A DNA stretch of 64,000 nt from Bordetella parapertussis (GCA_945862265.1 CAMAXP010000008.1:543-64542), one strand, 5' to 3'. Positions 12,769 to 22,685 are shown, numbered from the stretch's first letter. Numbers and translations are program-made. The notes: generated by a model not told the origin, from the sequence alone.

Positions 12769-13731
12769 ATGAACAGACTCAGAACAGGCGTATTTGCCGC
12801 GCTCATCCTCGTTGCCACCTGCGTTTCTGCGCAGTGGCCGGCGAAGCCCGTGGCGCTGGTGGTGGGCAGCGAGCCGGGGAGTGCCCCGGACGTCTACGCG
12901 CGCGCGGTGTCCGGGCCGCTCACCCGGCTGCTCGGCCAGTCCGTGATCGTGGAAAACCGCACCGGGGCCAACGGCAACATTGCCGCCGAACACGTCGCCC
13001 GGGTGCCGGCCGACGGCTACGCGCTGTGGGTGCCAGCCCAGTCGCAGCTCGAGATCAATCCGAGCGCCTACGCCGACCTGCGCTGGAAGTCGGCCGATTT
13101 CGTCGGCGTCATCAAGGGCACGGAAGCGCCGGTGATGCTGGTGGCCCATCCGGGCGTGCCCGCGAAGGCCCTCCCGGAGCTTGTCGCATGGATCAAGGCG
13201 AACCCGGGCAAGGTGTCTTATGCCTCGTTCAGTCCCGGCACCATTTCCCATTTCCTCGCGCACCAGTTCAACGAGAAGTTCGGCCTCGACATGACCCACA
13301 TCACCTACAAGGGGTCGGGGCCCCAGGTGCAGGCGCTGCTGGGCGGCCACGTGCCGCTCGGCTTTTCCCAGATCCAGACCGGCCTGCCTCACGTGCTCGG
13401 CGGGAAGCTGAACGGCATTGCCGTCACCGGCGCAAAGCGCTGGCGGCAGCTGCCGGCCGTGCCCACGTTTGCCGAGCTGGGCTACCCGGAGTTCACTGCG
13501 GGCACGTGGTTCGGGATCGTGGCGCGGTCGGGGACGCCGGCCGACGTGCTCACGAAACTCGTGGAGGCCGCAAAGGCGGCCCATGCCGACCCGGAACTGC
13601 GCGACAAGCTGGAGAAGATGGGCTTCGACGTGGTGGCGCAGACCGGGGCGGACTTCGCCGCGAGCACCAAGGCCGGCCAGGAGCGGTGGGCGGCAGTCGT
13701 GAAGTCCACGGGCTTTCGCGCCGCGAACTAG
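12769..13731 (+). CDS. Bug/TctC-family tripartite tricarboxylate transporter substrate-binding protein
   Basis: Signal peptide MNRLRTGVFAALILVATCVSAQ followed by WPAKPV, the characteristic Bug N-terminus. GGAG lies upstream of the ATG at 12769. Confidence 0.85.
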   Translation: MNRLRTGVFAALILVATCVSAQWPAKPVALVVGSEPGSAPDVYARAVSGPLTRLLGQSVIVENRTGANGNIAAEHVARVPADGYALWVPAQSQLEINPSAYADLRWKSADFVGVIKGTEAPVMLVAHPGVPAKALPELVAWIKANPGKVSYASFSPGTISHFLAHQFNEKFGLDMTHITYKGSGPQVQALLGGHVPLGFSQIQTGLPHVLGGKLNGIAVTGAKRWRQLPAVPTFAELGYPEFTAGTWFGIVARSGTPADVLTKLVEAAKAAHADPELRDKLEKMGFDVVAQTGADFAASTKAGQERWAAVVKSTGFRAAN

Positions 13732-14487
13732 TTATTTCCCGAAACTGAAGGCGAGGCCCAGCCCGCGGTGCAGCGAGGCCTCCAGGAAAGGCGCCATCAG
13801 CGGCATGACCAGCACGAATGCGGCCATGCCGATGATGATGGTGGCGGGAAATCCGACAGCGAAGATGTTCAGCTGCGGCGCGGCGCGCGCAAGCACCCCC
13901 AGTGCGAGGTTCAGGATCAGCATGCTGGCGAGCACCGGCAGGGCGAGGTGCAGTCCCACCCTGAATATCTCGGCGCCAAGGAGCGCGAGGCCGTGCAGGC
14001 TGGCGGCCGATACCCCAGCCCCGCCGACCGGGATCACGCGGAAGCTCTCCGCGATCCCGGCGACCATCATCAGGTGGCCGTTGATGGCGAGGAACACCAG
14101 CATGGCCATCAGGTTCAGGAAACTCGCGATCAGCGGGGTCTCATGCGAGTTCTGCGGGTCGATGAACGAGGCGAACGACAGGCCCATCTGGAGACCTAGC
14201 AGGCTCCCTGCGATTTCGAAGGCCGCGAAGACGAGCTGCAATGCGAGGCCGATGGCGAGTCCCACCAGCAACTGCTGCACCAGCAGCCAGCCGGGCTCGC
14301 CGCTGACCGCAGGCAGCGAGGGTGCGACGATGAAGGTGACGAACGCGGCGAGCCCGATCTTCAGGCGGTGCGGGATGGCCTTGTGGTAGAGCAGCGGCGC
14401 CGAGGAGAACAGCGCGAGGACGCGTACGAACGGCCAGAAGTAAGCCGCAAACCAGACATCCAGCTGGGCGCTGGTGAACGAGATCAT
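13732..14487 (-). CDS. fliR: Flagellar export apparatus protein FliR
   Basis: Polytopic membrane protein starting MISFTSAQLDVWFAAYFWPFVRV. Last gene of the fliMNOPQR order. Confidence 0.9.
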   Translation of the reverse strand: MISFTSAQLDVWFAAYFWPFVRVLALFSSAPLLYHKAIPHRLKIGLAAFVTFIVAPSLPAVSGEPGWLLVQQLLVGLAIGLALQLVFAAFEIAGSLLGLQMGLSFASFIDPQNSHETPLIASFLNLMAMLVFLAINGHLMMVAGIAESFRVIPVGGAGVSAASLHGLALLGAEIFRVGLHLALPVLASMLILNLALGVLARAAPQLNIFAVGFPATIIIGMAAFVLVMPLMAPFLEASLHRGLGLAFSFGK

Positions 14488-14489
14488 CG

Positions 14490-14762
14490 CTAGCCGATGA
14501 CGTTGGGAATGGACGTCAGCGTGCGCTGGATGTAGTCGGTCAGCGTGGCGAGCATCCACGGCCCGGCCACGACCAGCGCGGCGACCATGGCGAGGAGCTT
14601 GGGGATGAACGACAGGGTCATCTCGTTGATCTGGGTGGCCGCCTGCAGCACGCTGACCGCGAGGCCCACCACCAGCGCGGTGACAAGCAGCGGCGCCGAG
14701 ACCATCAGCATCACCTCCAGCGCCTGCTGGCCGATGGTGAGCACGCTTTGCGAGGTCATCAT
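14490..14762 (-). CDS. fliQ: Flagellar export apparatus protein FliQ
   Basis: 90 aa, [26 protein letters not shown]... The ATGATGA overlaps the fliP stop. Confidence 0.93.
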   Translation of the reverse strand: MMTSQSVLTIGQQALEVMLMVSAPLLVTALVVGLAVSVLQAATQINEMTLSFIPKLLAMVAALVVAGPWMLATLTDYIQRTLTSIPNVIG

Positions 14763-15508
14763 CGCGCGAAACTCGCCACGAGCGAACCCACCAGCAGCGT
14801 CCAGCCGTCGGCGAGAACGAAGAGCATCAGCTTGAACGGCAGCGAGATCAGCACCGGCGAGAGCATCATCATGCCCATCGACATCAGCACGCTCGCGACC
14901 ACCATGTCGATGATCAGGAACGGGATGAACACCATGAACCCGATCTGGAACGCGGTCTTCAATTCGCTGGTGACAAAGGCCGGCACGACGATGTGGATCG
15001 GGGTGGAAGCCGCATCCTTGGGCATGGGCTCGTTGGCGAGCTTCAGGAACAGCGCCAGGTCCGGCTCGCGGGTCTGCTTCAGCATGAAGCCCTTGACCGG
15101 CGGTTCGGCGCGCACCAGCGCGTCGTTGAAGGTGATCTTGTTCTGGCTCCAAGGCAGGTAGGCGTCGACGTAGACTTTTTCCAGCACCGGGCTCATCACG
15201 TACATCGTGAGGAACAGCGCGAGCCCGACCAGCACCTGGTTGGGCGGCGTCGATTGCGTGCCGAGCGCGCTGCGCAGCAGCGACAGCACGATGATGATCC
15301 GCGTAAAGCCGGTCATCATCAGCAGCACCGCCGGCAGGAAGGTCAACGCGGTCAGCGCAACCAGTGTCTGGATCGACAGCGTGTACGACTGCCCGCCGCC
15401 CGGCGCGGGCGAGCTGCTGAATGCGGGCAGGCCCTGCGCCAGCGCTTCGGGCGCGAACGACGCCAGCGCGAGCAGGATGAACAGCAGGAGGGCCTTCGCC
15501 TTACGCAC
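14759..15508 (-). CDS. fliP: Flagellar export apparatus protein FliP
   Basis: Signal peptide plus the conserved [23 protein letters not shown]...PPNQVL motifs. Confidence 0.95.
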   Translation of the reverse strand: MRKAKALLLFILLALASFAPEALAQGLPAFSSSPAPGGGQSYTLSIQTLVALTALTFLPAVLLMMTGFTRIIIVLSLLRSALGTQSTPPNQVLVGLALFLTMYVMSPVLEKVYVDAYLPWSQNKITFNDALVRAEPPVKGFMLKQTREPDLALFLKLANEPMPKDAASTPIHIVVPAFVTSELKTAFQIGFMVFIPFLIIDMVVASVLMSMGMMMLSPVLISLPFKLMLFVLADGWTLLVGSLVASFAR

Positions 15509-15836
15509 GGTTTATCGCCTTCTTCAGGAGAGCGGAAAAATCGATTCCCATGGGAGATGCAGCAACGCCTGCCGGTGCCTCGGGCAGTTCACCCTTGGGC
15601 AGGGTCGCGAGCGCGCTGACGCGGCCGGGGGCCACGCCGAGCACCATCCACTGGGTGCCCACCTCGACAATCACCACGCGTTCCTTGGCGCCGACGGAGA
15701 GCGCCGAAACGACCTTGAGCAGCCGCGCGCTGCCTCCCGCGCTCGCGCCCATGCGGCGCGCGAACCACGCCGAAGCCGCGATCGCGCCGAGCACGACCGC
15801 AAGGCCGGCCATCATCTGCAGGAGGCTGCCGCTCAT
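15501..15836 (-). CDS. fliO: Flagellar biosynthesis protein FliO
   Basis: 111 aa with a single N-terminal TM segment. Positioned between fliN and fliP. Confidence 0.75.
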   Translation of the reverse strand: MSGSLLQMMAGLAVVLGAIAASAWFARRMGASAGGSARLLKVVSALSVGAKERVVIVEVGTQWMVLGVAPGRVSALATLPKGELPEAPAGVAASPMGIDFSALLKKAINRA

Positions 15837-15842
15837 CTTGGA

Positions 15843-16262
15843 TCAGCGGTTGAGTTTGCGGATGCGCTCGGACGGCGTGATGATGTCCGTGAGGCGGATG
15901 CCGAACTTCTCGTTGACCACGACCACCTCGCCCTGGGCGATCAGGCAGCCGTTGACCAGCACGTCCATCGGTTCGCCGGCGAGGCCGTCCAGCTCGACCA
16001 CGCTGCCCTGCGCCAGCTGCAGGATGTGCTTGATGGGAATCTTCGTGCGCCCCAGCTCCACGGTGAGCTGCACCGGGATGTCGAGGATCATGTCGATGTC
16101 GTGGTTCGCGTTGGCGCTGCCCGTCGGCGAGAGCTTCTCGAAGATCGGTGCGGCGTCGCCCGCGGGTGCGCCGCCGGCCTGGGCCTGCTCGGCGAGCGCC
16201 GCGCCCCAGTCGTCGGCCGCGTCGTCCTGGTGCGCCGGTTGTTCCTGGACTGCGTTTTCCAT
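15843..16262 (-). CDS. fliN: Flagellar motor switch protein FliN
   Basis: C-terminal SpoA/FliN domain (DIPVQLTVELGRTKIPIKHILQL...VNGCLIAQGEVVVV). The start was taken at MENAVQ, just after the fliM stop. Confidence 0.9.
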   Translation of the reverse strand: MENAVQEQPAHQDDAADDWGAALAEQAQAGGAPAGDAAPIFEKLSPTGSANANHDIDMILDIPVQLTVELGRTKIPIKHILQLAQGSVVELDGLAGEPMDVLVNGCLIAQGEVVVVNEKFGIRLTDIITPSERIRKLNR

Positions 16263-16264
16263 CA

Positions 16265-17275
16265 CTAATCTCCCAGCAGGTTGTCTTGCTGGCGGACCGC
16301 AAGGATGCGATCCACCTTGATTGCGTACTGCGCGTTCTGCGTTCCGTAGGTGCACTCGAACACCGGCACGCCGTCGACTTCCGCGACCACGGTCTTAGGG
16401 ATGTCGGTGCCGATCACGTCGCCGACCTTCATCGACAGGAGCTGCTCCACCGTCGACGGGATGCGCGCGAACTGCGCCACCAGCTCCACGTCGGCCAGCT
16501 GCACCTGCTTGGAGAGCATCCTCACCCAGCGCTTGTCGGGTTCGTAGCTGTCACCTTGCAGGGATGAATACAGCATGTCGCGGATCGGCTCGATCATCGA
16601 GTACGGCAGCACGATGTGCAGCTGGCCACCCGACTGGCCGATCTCGATGTTGAACGTCGCCGTGACCACGATCTCGGAGGGGGTGGCGATATTGGCGAAC
16701 TGGGTGTGCATCTCCGAGCGCACGTGCTCGAATTTCACCGGGTAGATCGTTTCCCAGGACTTCTCGTAGTACTCGAACACGACGCCGAGCATGCGCTGGA
16801 TGATGCGCTGCTCGGTGAGCGTGAAGTCGCGACCCTCGACGCGGCTGTGGAAGCGCCCGTCGCCGCCGAACATGTTGTCCACCACCGCGAACACCAGGCT
16901 CGGGTCGAAGATGAACAGGCACGAGCCGCGCAGTGGCTTCATGTGCACAACGTTCAGGTTGGTCGGCACCACCAGGTTGCGGATGAACTCGGAGTACTTG
17001 ACCACCTTCACCGGGCTCACCGAGATTTCCGGGCTGCGCCGCATGAAGTTGAACATCCCGATCCTCAGGAGTCGCGCAAACCGGTCGTTGATGATCTCGA
17101 GCGTCGGCATGCGGCCGCGCACGATGCGCTCCTGCTTGCCGAGGTTGCCCCACAGCCAGGAGCCCACGACCAGGGCGACCAGCAGCGCGGCGCCGAGCAT
17201 GAAGCCCAGCTTGTTGCGGCCGGGCATCTGGCCGAAGCCTTGGGCAAGGGAGGCAACGTCGACTGCATTGGCCAT
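16265..17275 (-). CDS. fliM: FliM-like switch protein carrying a FliF-like N-terminus (apparent fliF'-'fliM in-frame deletion hybrid)
   Basis: From about aa 47 (QERIVRGRMPTLEIINDRFARLLR...) it is collinear with FliM. The first ~42 aa (MPGRNKLGFMLGAALLVALVVGSWLW) look like the FliF N-terminal TM region. The CheY-P binding LSQxEIDALL motif is absent. Confidence 0.85.
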   Translation of the reverse strand: MANAVDVASLAQGFGQMPGRNKLGFMLGAALLVALVVGSWLWGNLGKQERIVRGRMPTLEIINDRFARLLRIGMFNFMRRSPEISVSPVKVVKYSEFIRNLVVPTNLNVVHMKPLRGSCLFIFDPSLVFAVVDNMFGGDGRFHSRVEGRDFTLTEQRIIQRMLGVVFEYYEKSWETIYPVKFEHVRSEMHTQFANIATPSEIVVTATFNIEIGQSGGQLHIVLPYSMIEPIRDMLYSSLQGDSYEPDKRWVRMLSKQVQLADVELVAQFARIPSTVEQLLSMKVGDVIGTDIPKTVVAEVDGVPVFECTYGTQNAQYAIKVDRILAVRQQDNLLGD

Positions 17276-17452
17276 GCACTTTCTCCGGAAACAATGCGGG
17301 TCCCGCTCTGTGCGGAACCTACGGAGAGAAGTATGCGGAGGGCTTGAGCGTCGCCATGCGCGAATAAGCCCTGCTTTTCCCGCCTATTTCAGGGGTGGCC
17401 GGGCGGGGGCGGCTGCTAAGCTGGGCACCAGTTCACATCCCAGGACGGTGCC

Positions 17453-17749
17453 ATGGACCCGATCTCGTTCAACCCCAATGTGCTCATGCCCGGCAAGGTC
17501 GCGGCAGCGGGCGTGGCGCCCGCGGGCGACGGGTTTTCCTCCGTGCTCAAGCAGGCCCTCGACGGGGTGAATTCGCAGCAGAAGGCGGCGGCAGGGCTGG
17601 CACGCGAATTCCAGCTCGACAACACCAACGTGAGCCTCGAAGAAACCATGGTGGCGATGCAGAAGGCCAACATCTCGTTCCAGGCCGTGGTGCAGGTCAG
17701 GAACAAGCTCGTGTCGGCCTACCAGGACATCATGAACATGCCGGTCTAG
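17453..17749 (+). CDS. fliE: Flagellar hook-basal body complex protein FliE
   Basis: 98 aa ending in the conserved FQAVVQVRNKLVSAYQDIMNMPV. Divergent from the fliF-derived start at 17275. Confidence 0.9.
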   Translation: MDPISFNPNVLMPGKVAAAGVAPAGDGFSSVLKQALDGVNSQQKAAAGLAREFQLDNTNVSLEETMVAMQKANISFQAVVQVRNKLVSAYQDIMNMPV

Positions 17750-18489
17750 GTCCTCAGGCGCCGGTCGCGCTCCTTCTGGGCGATGTAGCGCGAGATCAGG
17801 GATTCCATGTCGCGCTCGAGCCCCGCGAACCTGCACCCGATCCTCACCTGGCGGGCGCCATTGCGGGCGCGCACTTCGCAGACGTTCTTGACCTCGATGT
17901 CGAGCGCGAGGACGCCGAGCGTACCGAGCCCCATCCGGCAGTTCTGCAGGATTTCGCCGGGCGCGAATTTCACGTAGGTCTTGTCGGTGATCAGCGCCAC
18001 GCCGCCGAGCGACAGGTCGGACACCCGCATTTCCAGCACGCGCACCTTGCCTTCGCATTCCACTGCCGCCTCGCAGGTGAGGCTGGCCGGCACCCGGTAA
18101 TAGTCCCTGCGCTGCAGGCGCAGCACGAGGTCGGGCAGGCGCATGCGCAGGGCCGGGTGTCCTTCGAACACGGTCGGGTCCGCGCCGCGCGAACTGAACT
18201 GGACCTTGATGCCGTCGATGTTCGCCGCCAGGGTCACCCGTTCGGCCTGCATCACCCTGCGGTTGCTCTCCGCCTCCCGGCCGCAATCGAATACGATCTC
18301 CTCGTAGTCCGGGTTTACCGCGAGGAGCACGGTCAGCGCATGGGTCTCGCCATCGACGCTCAGTGTGACCTGCTCGCGCTTCGCCTCCAGCCGGCGCAGG
18401 ATGGAGATGATCTCGAATCGGTCGTGGACGAGGAATCGCTCGAAATCCTCCTCGGCGAGTTCCGGGCCACGCAGGGTGCTGGTTGTCAT
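17746..18489 (-). CDS. ycgR: Flagellar brake protein YcgR (PilZN + PilZ c-di-GMP receptor)
   Basis: RLQRRDYYRV...DLSLGGVAL matches the PilZ RxxxR / D-x-S-x-x-G motifs. The start was taken at MTTSTLRG. Confidence 0.8.
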   Translation of the reverse strand: MTTSTLRGPELAEEDFERFLVHDRFEIISILRRLEAKREQVTLSVDGETHALTVLLAVNPDYEEIVFDCGREAESNRRVMQAERVTLAANIDGIKVQFSSRGADPTVFEGHPALRMRLPDLVLRLQRRDYYRVPASLTCEAAVECEGKVRVLEMRVSDLSLGGVALITDKTYVKFAPGEILQNCRMGLGTLGVLALDIEVKNVCEVRARNGARQVRIGCRFAGLERDMESLISRYIAQKERDRRLRT

Positions 18490-18779
18490 TCGGCTTCCTC
18501 CTTCATTCCGGACTCGATGCGATGCAGCCACGCGAGCAGCTCGGCCACCGCCACATACAGTTCGGGCGGGATGTGGCGGTCGAGGTCGACCTGCATCAGC
18601 AACCCGACGAGTTCGCGGGATTCGTGCACGTACACCCCGGCGTCGCGGGCGCGCCGGATGATTTCATCCGCGATCAGCCCGCGCCCCTTGGCGGACACGC
18701 GCGGGGCGCCCTTCCCGCCGGGGTAGGCGAGCGCGACCGCGGAGCGGGCCGGGTCAGCGGTGCTTTGGAAGTGCGCCAT
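18486..18779 (-). CDS. Stand-alone FlhB C-terminal-domain-like protein (EscU/YscU/HrcU family)
   Basis: About 97 aa, AVALAYPGGKGAPRVSAKGRGLIADEIIRRARDAGVYVHESRELVGLL...IPPELYVAVAELLAWL, typical of the small FlhB-domain proteins found downstream of fliK-like genes. Confidence 0.75.
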   Translation of the reverse strand: MAHFQSTADPARSAVALAYPGGKGAPRVSAKGRGLIADEIIRRARDAGVYVHESRELVGLLMQVDLDRHIPPELYVAVAELLAWLHRIESGMKEEAE

Positions 18780-19521
18780 GATCGACCCTGGCTTCCGCCA
18801 GCGTGAGTCCCTGCTGGCCCAGCGAGTGGGCGAGATCGCCGCGTGCGTCGAGAATCCTGCCTGCACTGGCCTGGTCGGCGGCGTGGATCGCGAGCCGCGC
18901 CTGTCGCCCACTGAGCGCCACGCGGGCCTCGATTTCGCCCAGCCCGGGCATGGTCAGGCGCAGCGACGCCTGCCAGGCCGGGGCTGCGTCAAGGGTCGTG
19001 CCATCGCTGTGCGGCTCTTCCTCTGCAATGCGTACTTCCACCGGCTGTCCGGGCCAGGCCTGGCCCTGCCACAGCGCCGCGCGGTTCTCCAGCACGTCGA
19101 GCTGGCGCTGTACCAGGGTTTCCGCCTGTGGCGCGAGCGGCGAATGCGGCGCGGCCGGCCGCGCCAGCGCAGCCTGGGGTTCGCGCAGCAGGCTTTCCTT
19201 TGCGCCCGCACCGTCCACCCAGTCGGCGAGGTGCGATTCGTAGAAGAGCCCGCTCGTGCCGATCGCGACCCTGAGCCCGGCCGCGACCCGGGCTGCATTG
19301 CCGGGCTGGTCCGACAGCGGCACCGGCGTGGTGATGGCTGCGAACTCCCCGCCATCAGCTGCGGCCGATGTGGCGAGGCGCGAGAGCATCTGCGCGGTGG
19401 AGCCCAGCTCCAGGTCCACAGCGGGCTCGCTCGAGAGGAGCAGCGCCGTGGCCTCCCGCCGCTCGGGAACCCACTGCGCCATGGCCTGGGCGCGCAAAAG
19501 TGAGATGGCCTCGCCGTTCAC
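18754..19521 (-). CDS. Flagellar hook-length control (FliK-like) protein, short form
   Basis: 255 aa with a C-terminal Flg_hook-like segment (LRLTMPGLGEIEARVALSGRQARLAIHA...LGQQGLTLAE). GTG start overlapping the fliT stop. Confidence 0.6.
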   Translation of the reverse strand: MNGEAISLLRAQAMAQWVPERREATALLLSSEPAVDLELGSTAQMLSRLATSAAADGGEFAAITTPVPLSDQPGNAARVAAGLRVAIGTSGLFYESHLADWVDGAGAKESLLREPQAALARPAAPHSPLAPQAETLVQRQLDVLENRAALWQGQAWPGQPVEVRIAEEEPHSDGTTLDAAPAWQASLRLTMPGLGEIEARVALSGRQARLAIHAADQASAGRILDARGDLAHSLGQQGLTLAEARVDHGALPKHR

Positions 19522-19853
19522 GGCTGGCTACCGTAACTCTCGCCGAGCCTGCGATGGTTTTCCGAGGTCGCCAGCGTGTCCTGCAGACGCATCATCCACG
19601 GTTCGGCGAGATCGCGGATCTGCGCGTCGTCCGACAGCATCTTGCGCAGCAGGACGAGCTTGCGGGCGCGCTCGGCCGCAGAGAGGTTGGCCTGCGCGCG
19701 GGTCTGCAGGTCCGCGACCAGGTCGCGGCAGCGCTTCTCTTCCGCAATGAAGCGGTCCCAGTCGCTCTCCCTGGCAGCGCCGAGCATCTGGCCGGAGATC
19801 TCGGCCATGGCCTCGTAACCGGCAAGCGGATCACGTTCGATGCCTGCGGTCAC
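19518..19853 (-). CDS. fliT: Flagellar chaperone FliT-like protein
   Basis: 111 aa and predicted helical. Sits after fliS, and its GTG start at 19853 overlaps the fliS stop (GTGA). Confidence 0.55.
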   Translation of the reverse strand: MTAGIERDPLAGYEAMAEISGQMLGAARESDWDRFIAEEKRCRDLVADLQTRAQANLSAAERARKLVLLRKMLSDDAQIRDLAEPWMMRLQDTLATSENHRRLGESYGSQP

Positions 19854-20269
19854 GCCGCGCGCTCCTTGGCGATCTCCGCCCAGGCCTGGCGCAGTTCGCG
19901 CAGCAGGCCGGAAACCTCGTCGAGGACGGCGGGATCGTTCTTCAGGTTGGCCAGCACGATGCGCCGGCACATGTAGGCATAGAGTTCCCTGAGTTGCGCG
20001 GCCACGCCGCCGCCGTCCGCCTCGTTGAGGCTGGCCATCAGCCCCTCGTCGAGGATCTGCAGCGCATGCGAGAGCGCCGCGCCCTTGGCGGCGATTTCGC
20101 GCCGCTCCATGTGCCCGCGGGCATTGGTCAGGCACTTGAGCACGCCGTCGTACAGCATCAGCACGAGTCCGAGCGCGTCCGCCGAGGCGACGCCCGTCTC
20201 TAGGCCGACCCGGGCGTAGGCCTGGGCGGCATTCTGGGCGGAGGTGAACGGATTGGCATACCAGGTCAT
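19850..20269 (-). CDS. fliS: Flagellin-specific chaperone FliS
   Basis: AYARVGLETGVASADALGLVLMLYDG...I fits the FliS four-helix family. Synteny supports the call. Confidence 0.9.
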   Translation of the reverse strand: MTWYANPFTSAQNAAQAYARVGLETGVASADALGLVLMLYDGVLKCLTNARGHMERREIAAKGAALSHALQILDEGLMASLNEADGGGVAAQLRELYAYMCRRIVLANLKNDPAVLDEVSGLLRELRQAWAEIAKERAA

Positions 20270-20311
20270 GACGGGGTTTCCTGTTGTCTGCAGCGCTTGC
20301 GCCTGCGGTGC

Positions 20312-22291
20312 TTACTTCTGTGAATTCAGCTTGCTCAGTGCATCCAGTTGCTGGCTCAGGAAGCTGCTCGTGTTCTGCATCGAGGTCATGGTCTTGTCGA
20401 GCGCGATGAATTGGGCGCGCATCGCCGCTTCCACGCCTGTCATGCGTTGCGCGAAGGCTGCGCGCCGGTGGGCAAGGTCCGAGATGGAGGACTGGATGCC
20501 AGAGGTCCGCGCGGCCAGCGGGCCGGTAAGCATGCTGTTGACCAGCGTGTTTAGACTATCGGCCACGCCACGGGAAAAGTTGAGCGTGCCGCGCGCGCCG
20601 GTCACGCCTCCGGTGATCCCCACGGTGAGGCCCTTGGCGGTCAGGGTCTGGCCGGCCCCGGTCGCGGCGACGCCGCCGAGGGTGCCGGCGGCGTCCTGGC
20701 CCGCGCTGCTTGCCGGCGTGCCGAGGACGTCCGCCACGGCCGTCCCGCCCGTGACCGATACCGTGGCGTTGGAACCCCAGCGCCTGGACGTGAGCGTGAG
20801 CACGCCCCCGGAGGCGGATGCTTCGATGCCGTTGCCTGCCGCGACGAGGGCGGCGCTGCCATTGACGCGTGACTGGACCATCGCCGCAAGCGAAGTCGCC
20901 GTGTAGGTGCCGGCGGTGAGCGTTACGCTGGCGGTGATGCCGTCTACCGACAGGTCCAGGGTGTCATTGGCGCCGGCGGTGATCGTGAGCGCTGCGGGCG
21001 CCGATCCGACGGCGGCCCCGTGGGTGGCGAGCTGGCTGACGGTCAGGGCGTAGCTGCCGGCCACGGCGCTGGTGCCGGCCGAACCGAAGGTCACGAGGCT
21101 GTCGCTGGGAGTGCCGACCGCTGCAAATACGCTGGCCGCATCCTTGGCGGGGTCGGCCAGGGCGGCATTCAGCTTGGTGGAGTTGATCACCAGCGAACCG
21201 TCCTTCTGGAAGGCGATGCCGATTTCGGACAACGAGCCGTATCCCGTCGAGTTCGCCACGGTGGTGCCAATCGTGGCGCGCAGGCGCGCCTGCAGGCTGC
21301 GTACGGTCGAGTCTCCCTGCAGCACGGCGCCGGTCTTGGTCTCGGCGTTGTAGGCCGAGAGCGAACTGAGCATCGAATTCGCCGTGTTGTAGGCGGACAC
21401 GAAGGATTGCACGGCCGCAGCGGCGGACGCGGTGTTGCGCGCCACGGTTACGGTGGTCGACGTGCCGGGCGATGCCTTGGCGAGATTCAGCGTGACGCCT
21501 TCGATCGCGCCGCTGAGGGAATTGGTCGCGCTGGTGACGGTGATGCCGTTGACCACCGCCTTCGCATCCTGGGCGACCGTCGCCTGGGTGAGGTTCGCCG
21601 TGCCCCCGGTGCTCGCGTCGTAGGCGAGCGCCGACAGCCCGGCGGTGTCGGTGTTGTCGAGGTCTGCGTCCACGACGCTGATGCGCATTGCGCCGGAGGC
21701 TCCGGTGTATTGCGAGGCGAGCACCAGGCGTTGGCCGCTGCCGTCATTGACGATGCTTGCTGTTACTCCCGCCTTGGCGGCATTGATCGCGTCACGCACG
21801 CCGGACAGCGAATCCTGGCCCGCGCCGATGGTGATGGTCGCGGACGGTTTCGAGGCGTCCGCGCTGAACGCGCCACCAGAATAGGCGCCGAAGTCGATGG
21901 TCAAAGTTCCGCTGCCCACGGTCGTGAGCGTCGAGGCATAGGGGGAGGAGGCGAGGGACTGCGCCTGCGCGAGCTTTTGCACTTCGAGGGCATAGGTCCC
22001 CGCGGCCGTGCCGGCGGAGGCTGAGGCGCTGGCGAGGCTCGAGTCGGCCACGGTGGCGCTCACTCCACGCAGCACTTGTAAGCCGGAGAGCGAGCCGGCT
22101 GCGGACTGCAGCGTCGCGAGCGCGCTGCTCACCTGCCCGTAGGCCGAAAGCTTGGCCTTGAAATCCGCCGTCTTGTTGTCCATCAGCGTCTCGGGCTGGC
22201 GCTCGATGCTCATCAGCTTGGTGACCAGGGAGCTGACGTCCAGTCCCGAGCCGATGCCGGTCGAGGAGATCGCCGTGGAGGAGGTCGCCAT
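20312..22291 (-). CDS. fliD: Flagellar filament cap protein FliD
   Basis: 659 aa. N-terminus ISSTGIGSGLDVSSLVTKLMSIERQP and C-terminus AMRAQFIALDKTMTSMQNTSSFLSQQL. Confidence 0.9.
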   Translation of the reverse strand: MATSSTAISSTGIGSGLDVSSLVTKLMSIERQPETLMDNKTADFKAKLSAYGQVSSALATLQSAAGSLSGLQVLRGVSATVADSSLASASASAGTAAGTYALEVQKLAQAQSLASSPYASTLTTVGSGTLTIDFGAYSGGAFSADASKPSATITIGAGQDSLSGVRDAINAAKAGVTASIVNDGSGQRLVLASQYTGASGAMRISVVDADLDNTDTAGLSALAYDASTGGTANLTQATVAQDAKAVVNGITVTSATNSLSGAIEGVTLNLAKASPGTSTTVTVARNTASAAAAVQSFVSAYNTANSMLSSLSAYNAETKTGAVLQGDSTVRSLQARLRATIGTTVANSTGYGSLSEIGIAFQKDGSLVINSTKLNAALADPAKDAASVFAAVGTPSDSLVTFGSAGTSAVAGSYALTVSQLATHGAAVGSAPAALTITAGANDTLDLSVDGITASVTLTAGTYTATSLAAMVQSRVNGSAALVAAGNGIEASASGGVLTLTSRRWGSNATVSVTGGTAVADVLGTPASSAGQDAAGTLGGVAATGAGQTLTAKGLTVGITGGVTGARGTLNFSRGVADSLNTLVNSMLTGPLAARTSGIQSSISDLAHRRAAFAQRMTGVEAAMRAQFIALDKTMTSMQNTSSFLSQQLDALSKLNSQK

Positions 22292-22292
22292 C

Positions 22293-22634
22293 TCAGGCCT
22301 TCGCGTTCACGAGCAGGCCCTGCACCCTGTCGAGGGCGCGCGCGATCGAGAGCATCTCCTTGCTCGGGATCTGGCGCAGCACCTCGTTGGTCTCCTTGTC
22401 GACCAACCTGACGATCGTGGAGCCGGTGGATTCCTCCACGCTGAACTGCAGCCCGCGCGCCATGGGATCGAGCATTTCGTTCACCGCGCTGATGGCGCGC
22501 TCGAGGTCCTTGATGCTGACGGCCGGCAAACCGGGCTCGGCCGCATGCGCGGCCGGGGCGGCCGGCGAGTCTGCGCTCCTGCGCTGCGGCACCGGGGCCG
22601 GCGCGCTGGCTTCACCTAGGGTGCGAATCGACAT
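22293..22634 (-). CDS. flaG: FlaG-family flagellar protein
   Basis: 113 aa, LQFSVEESTGSTIVRLVDKETNEVLRQIPSKEML. Confidence 0.8.
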   Translation of the reverse strand: MSIRTLGEASAPAPVPQRRSADSPAAPAAHAAEPGLPAVSIKDLERAISAVNEMLDPMARGLQFSVEESTGSTIVRLVDKETNEVLRQIPSKEMLSIARALDRVQGLLVNAKA

Positions 22635-22685
22635 GGTCTTGGCTCACTCTCCGTTTCAGCTGCCCGCTGGTCCGCAACGGGCAGG

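Noticed and set aside
13729-13734. Zero-spacing convergent stop codons of the Bug gene (TAG 13729-13731) and fliR (stop at 13732-13734) as a possible deletion boundary
   Set aside because: Both genes look full length. Tight convergent packing alone is not evidence of rearrangement.
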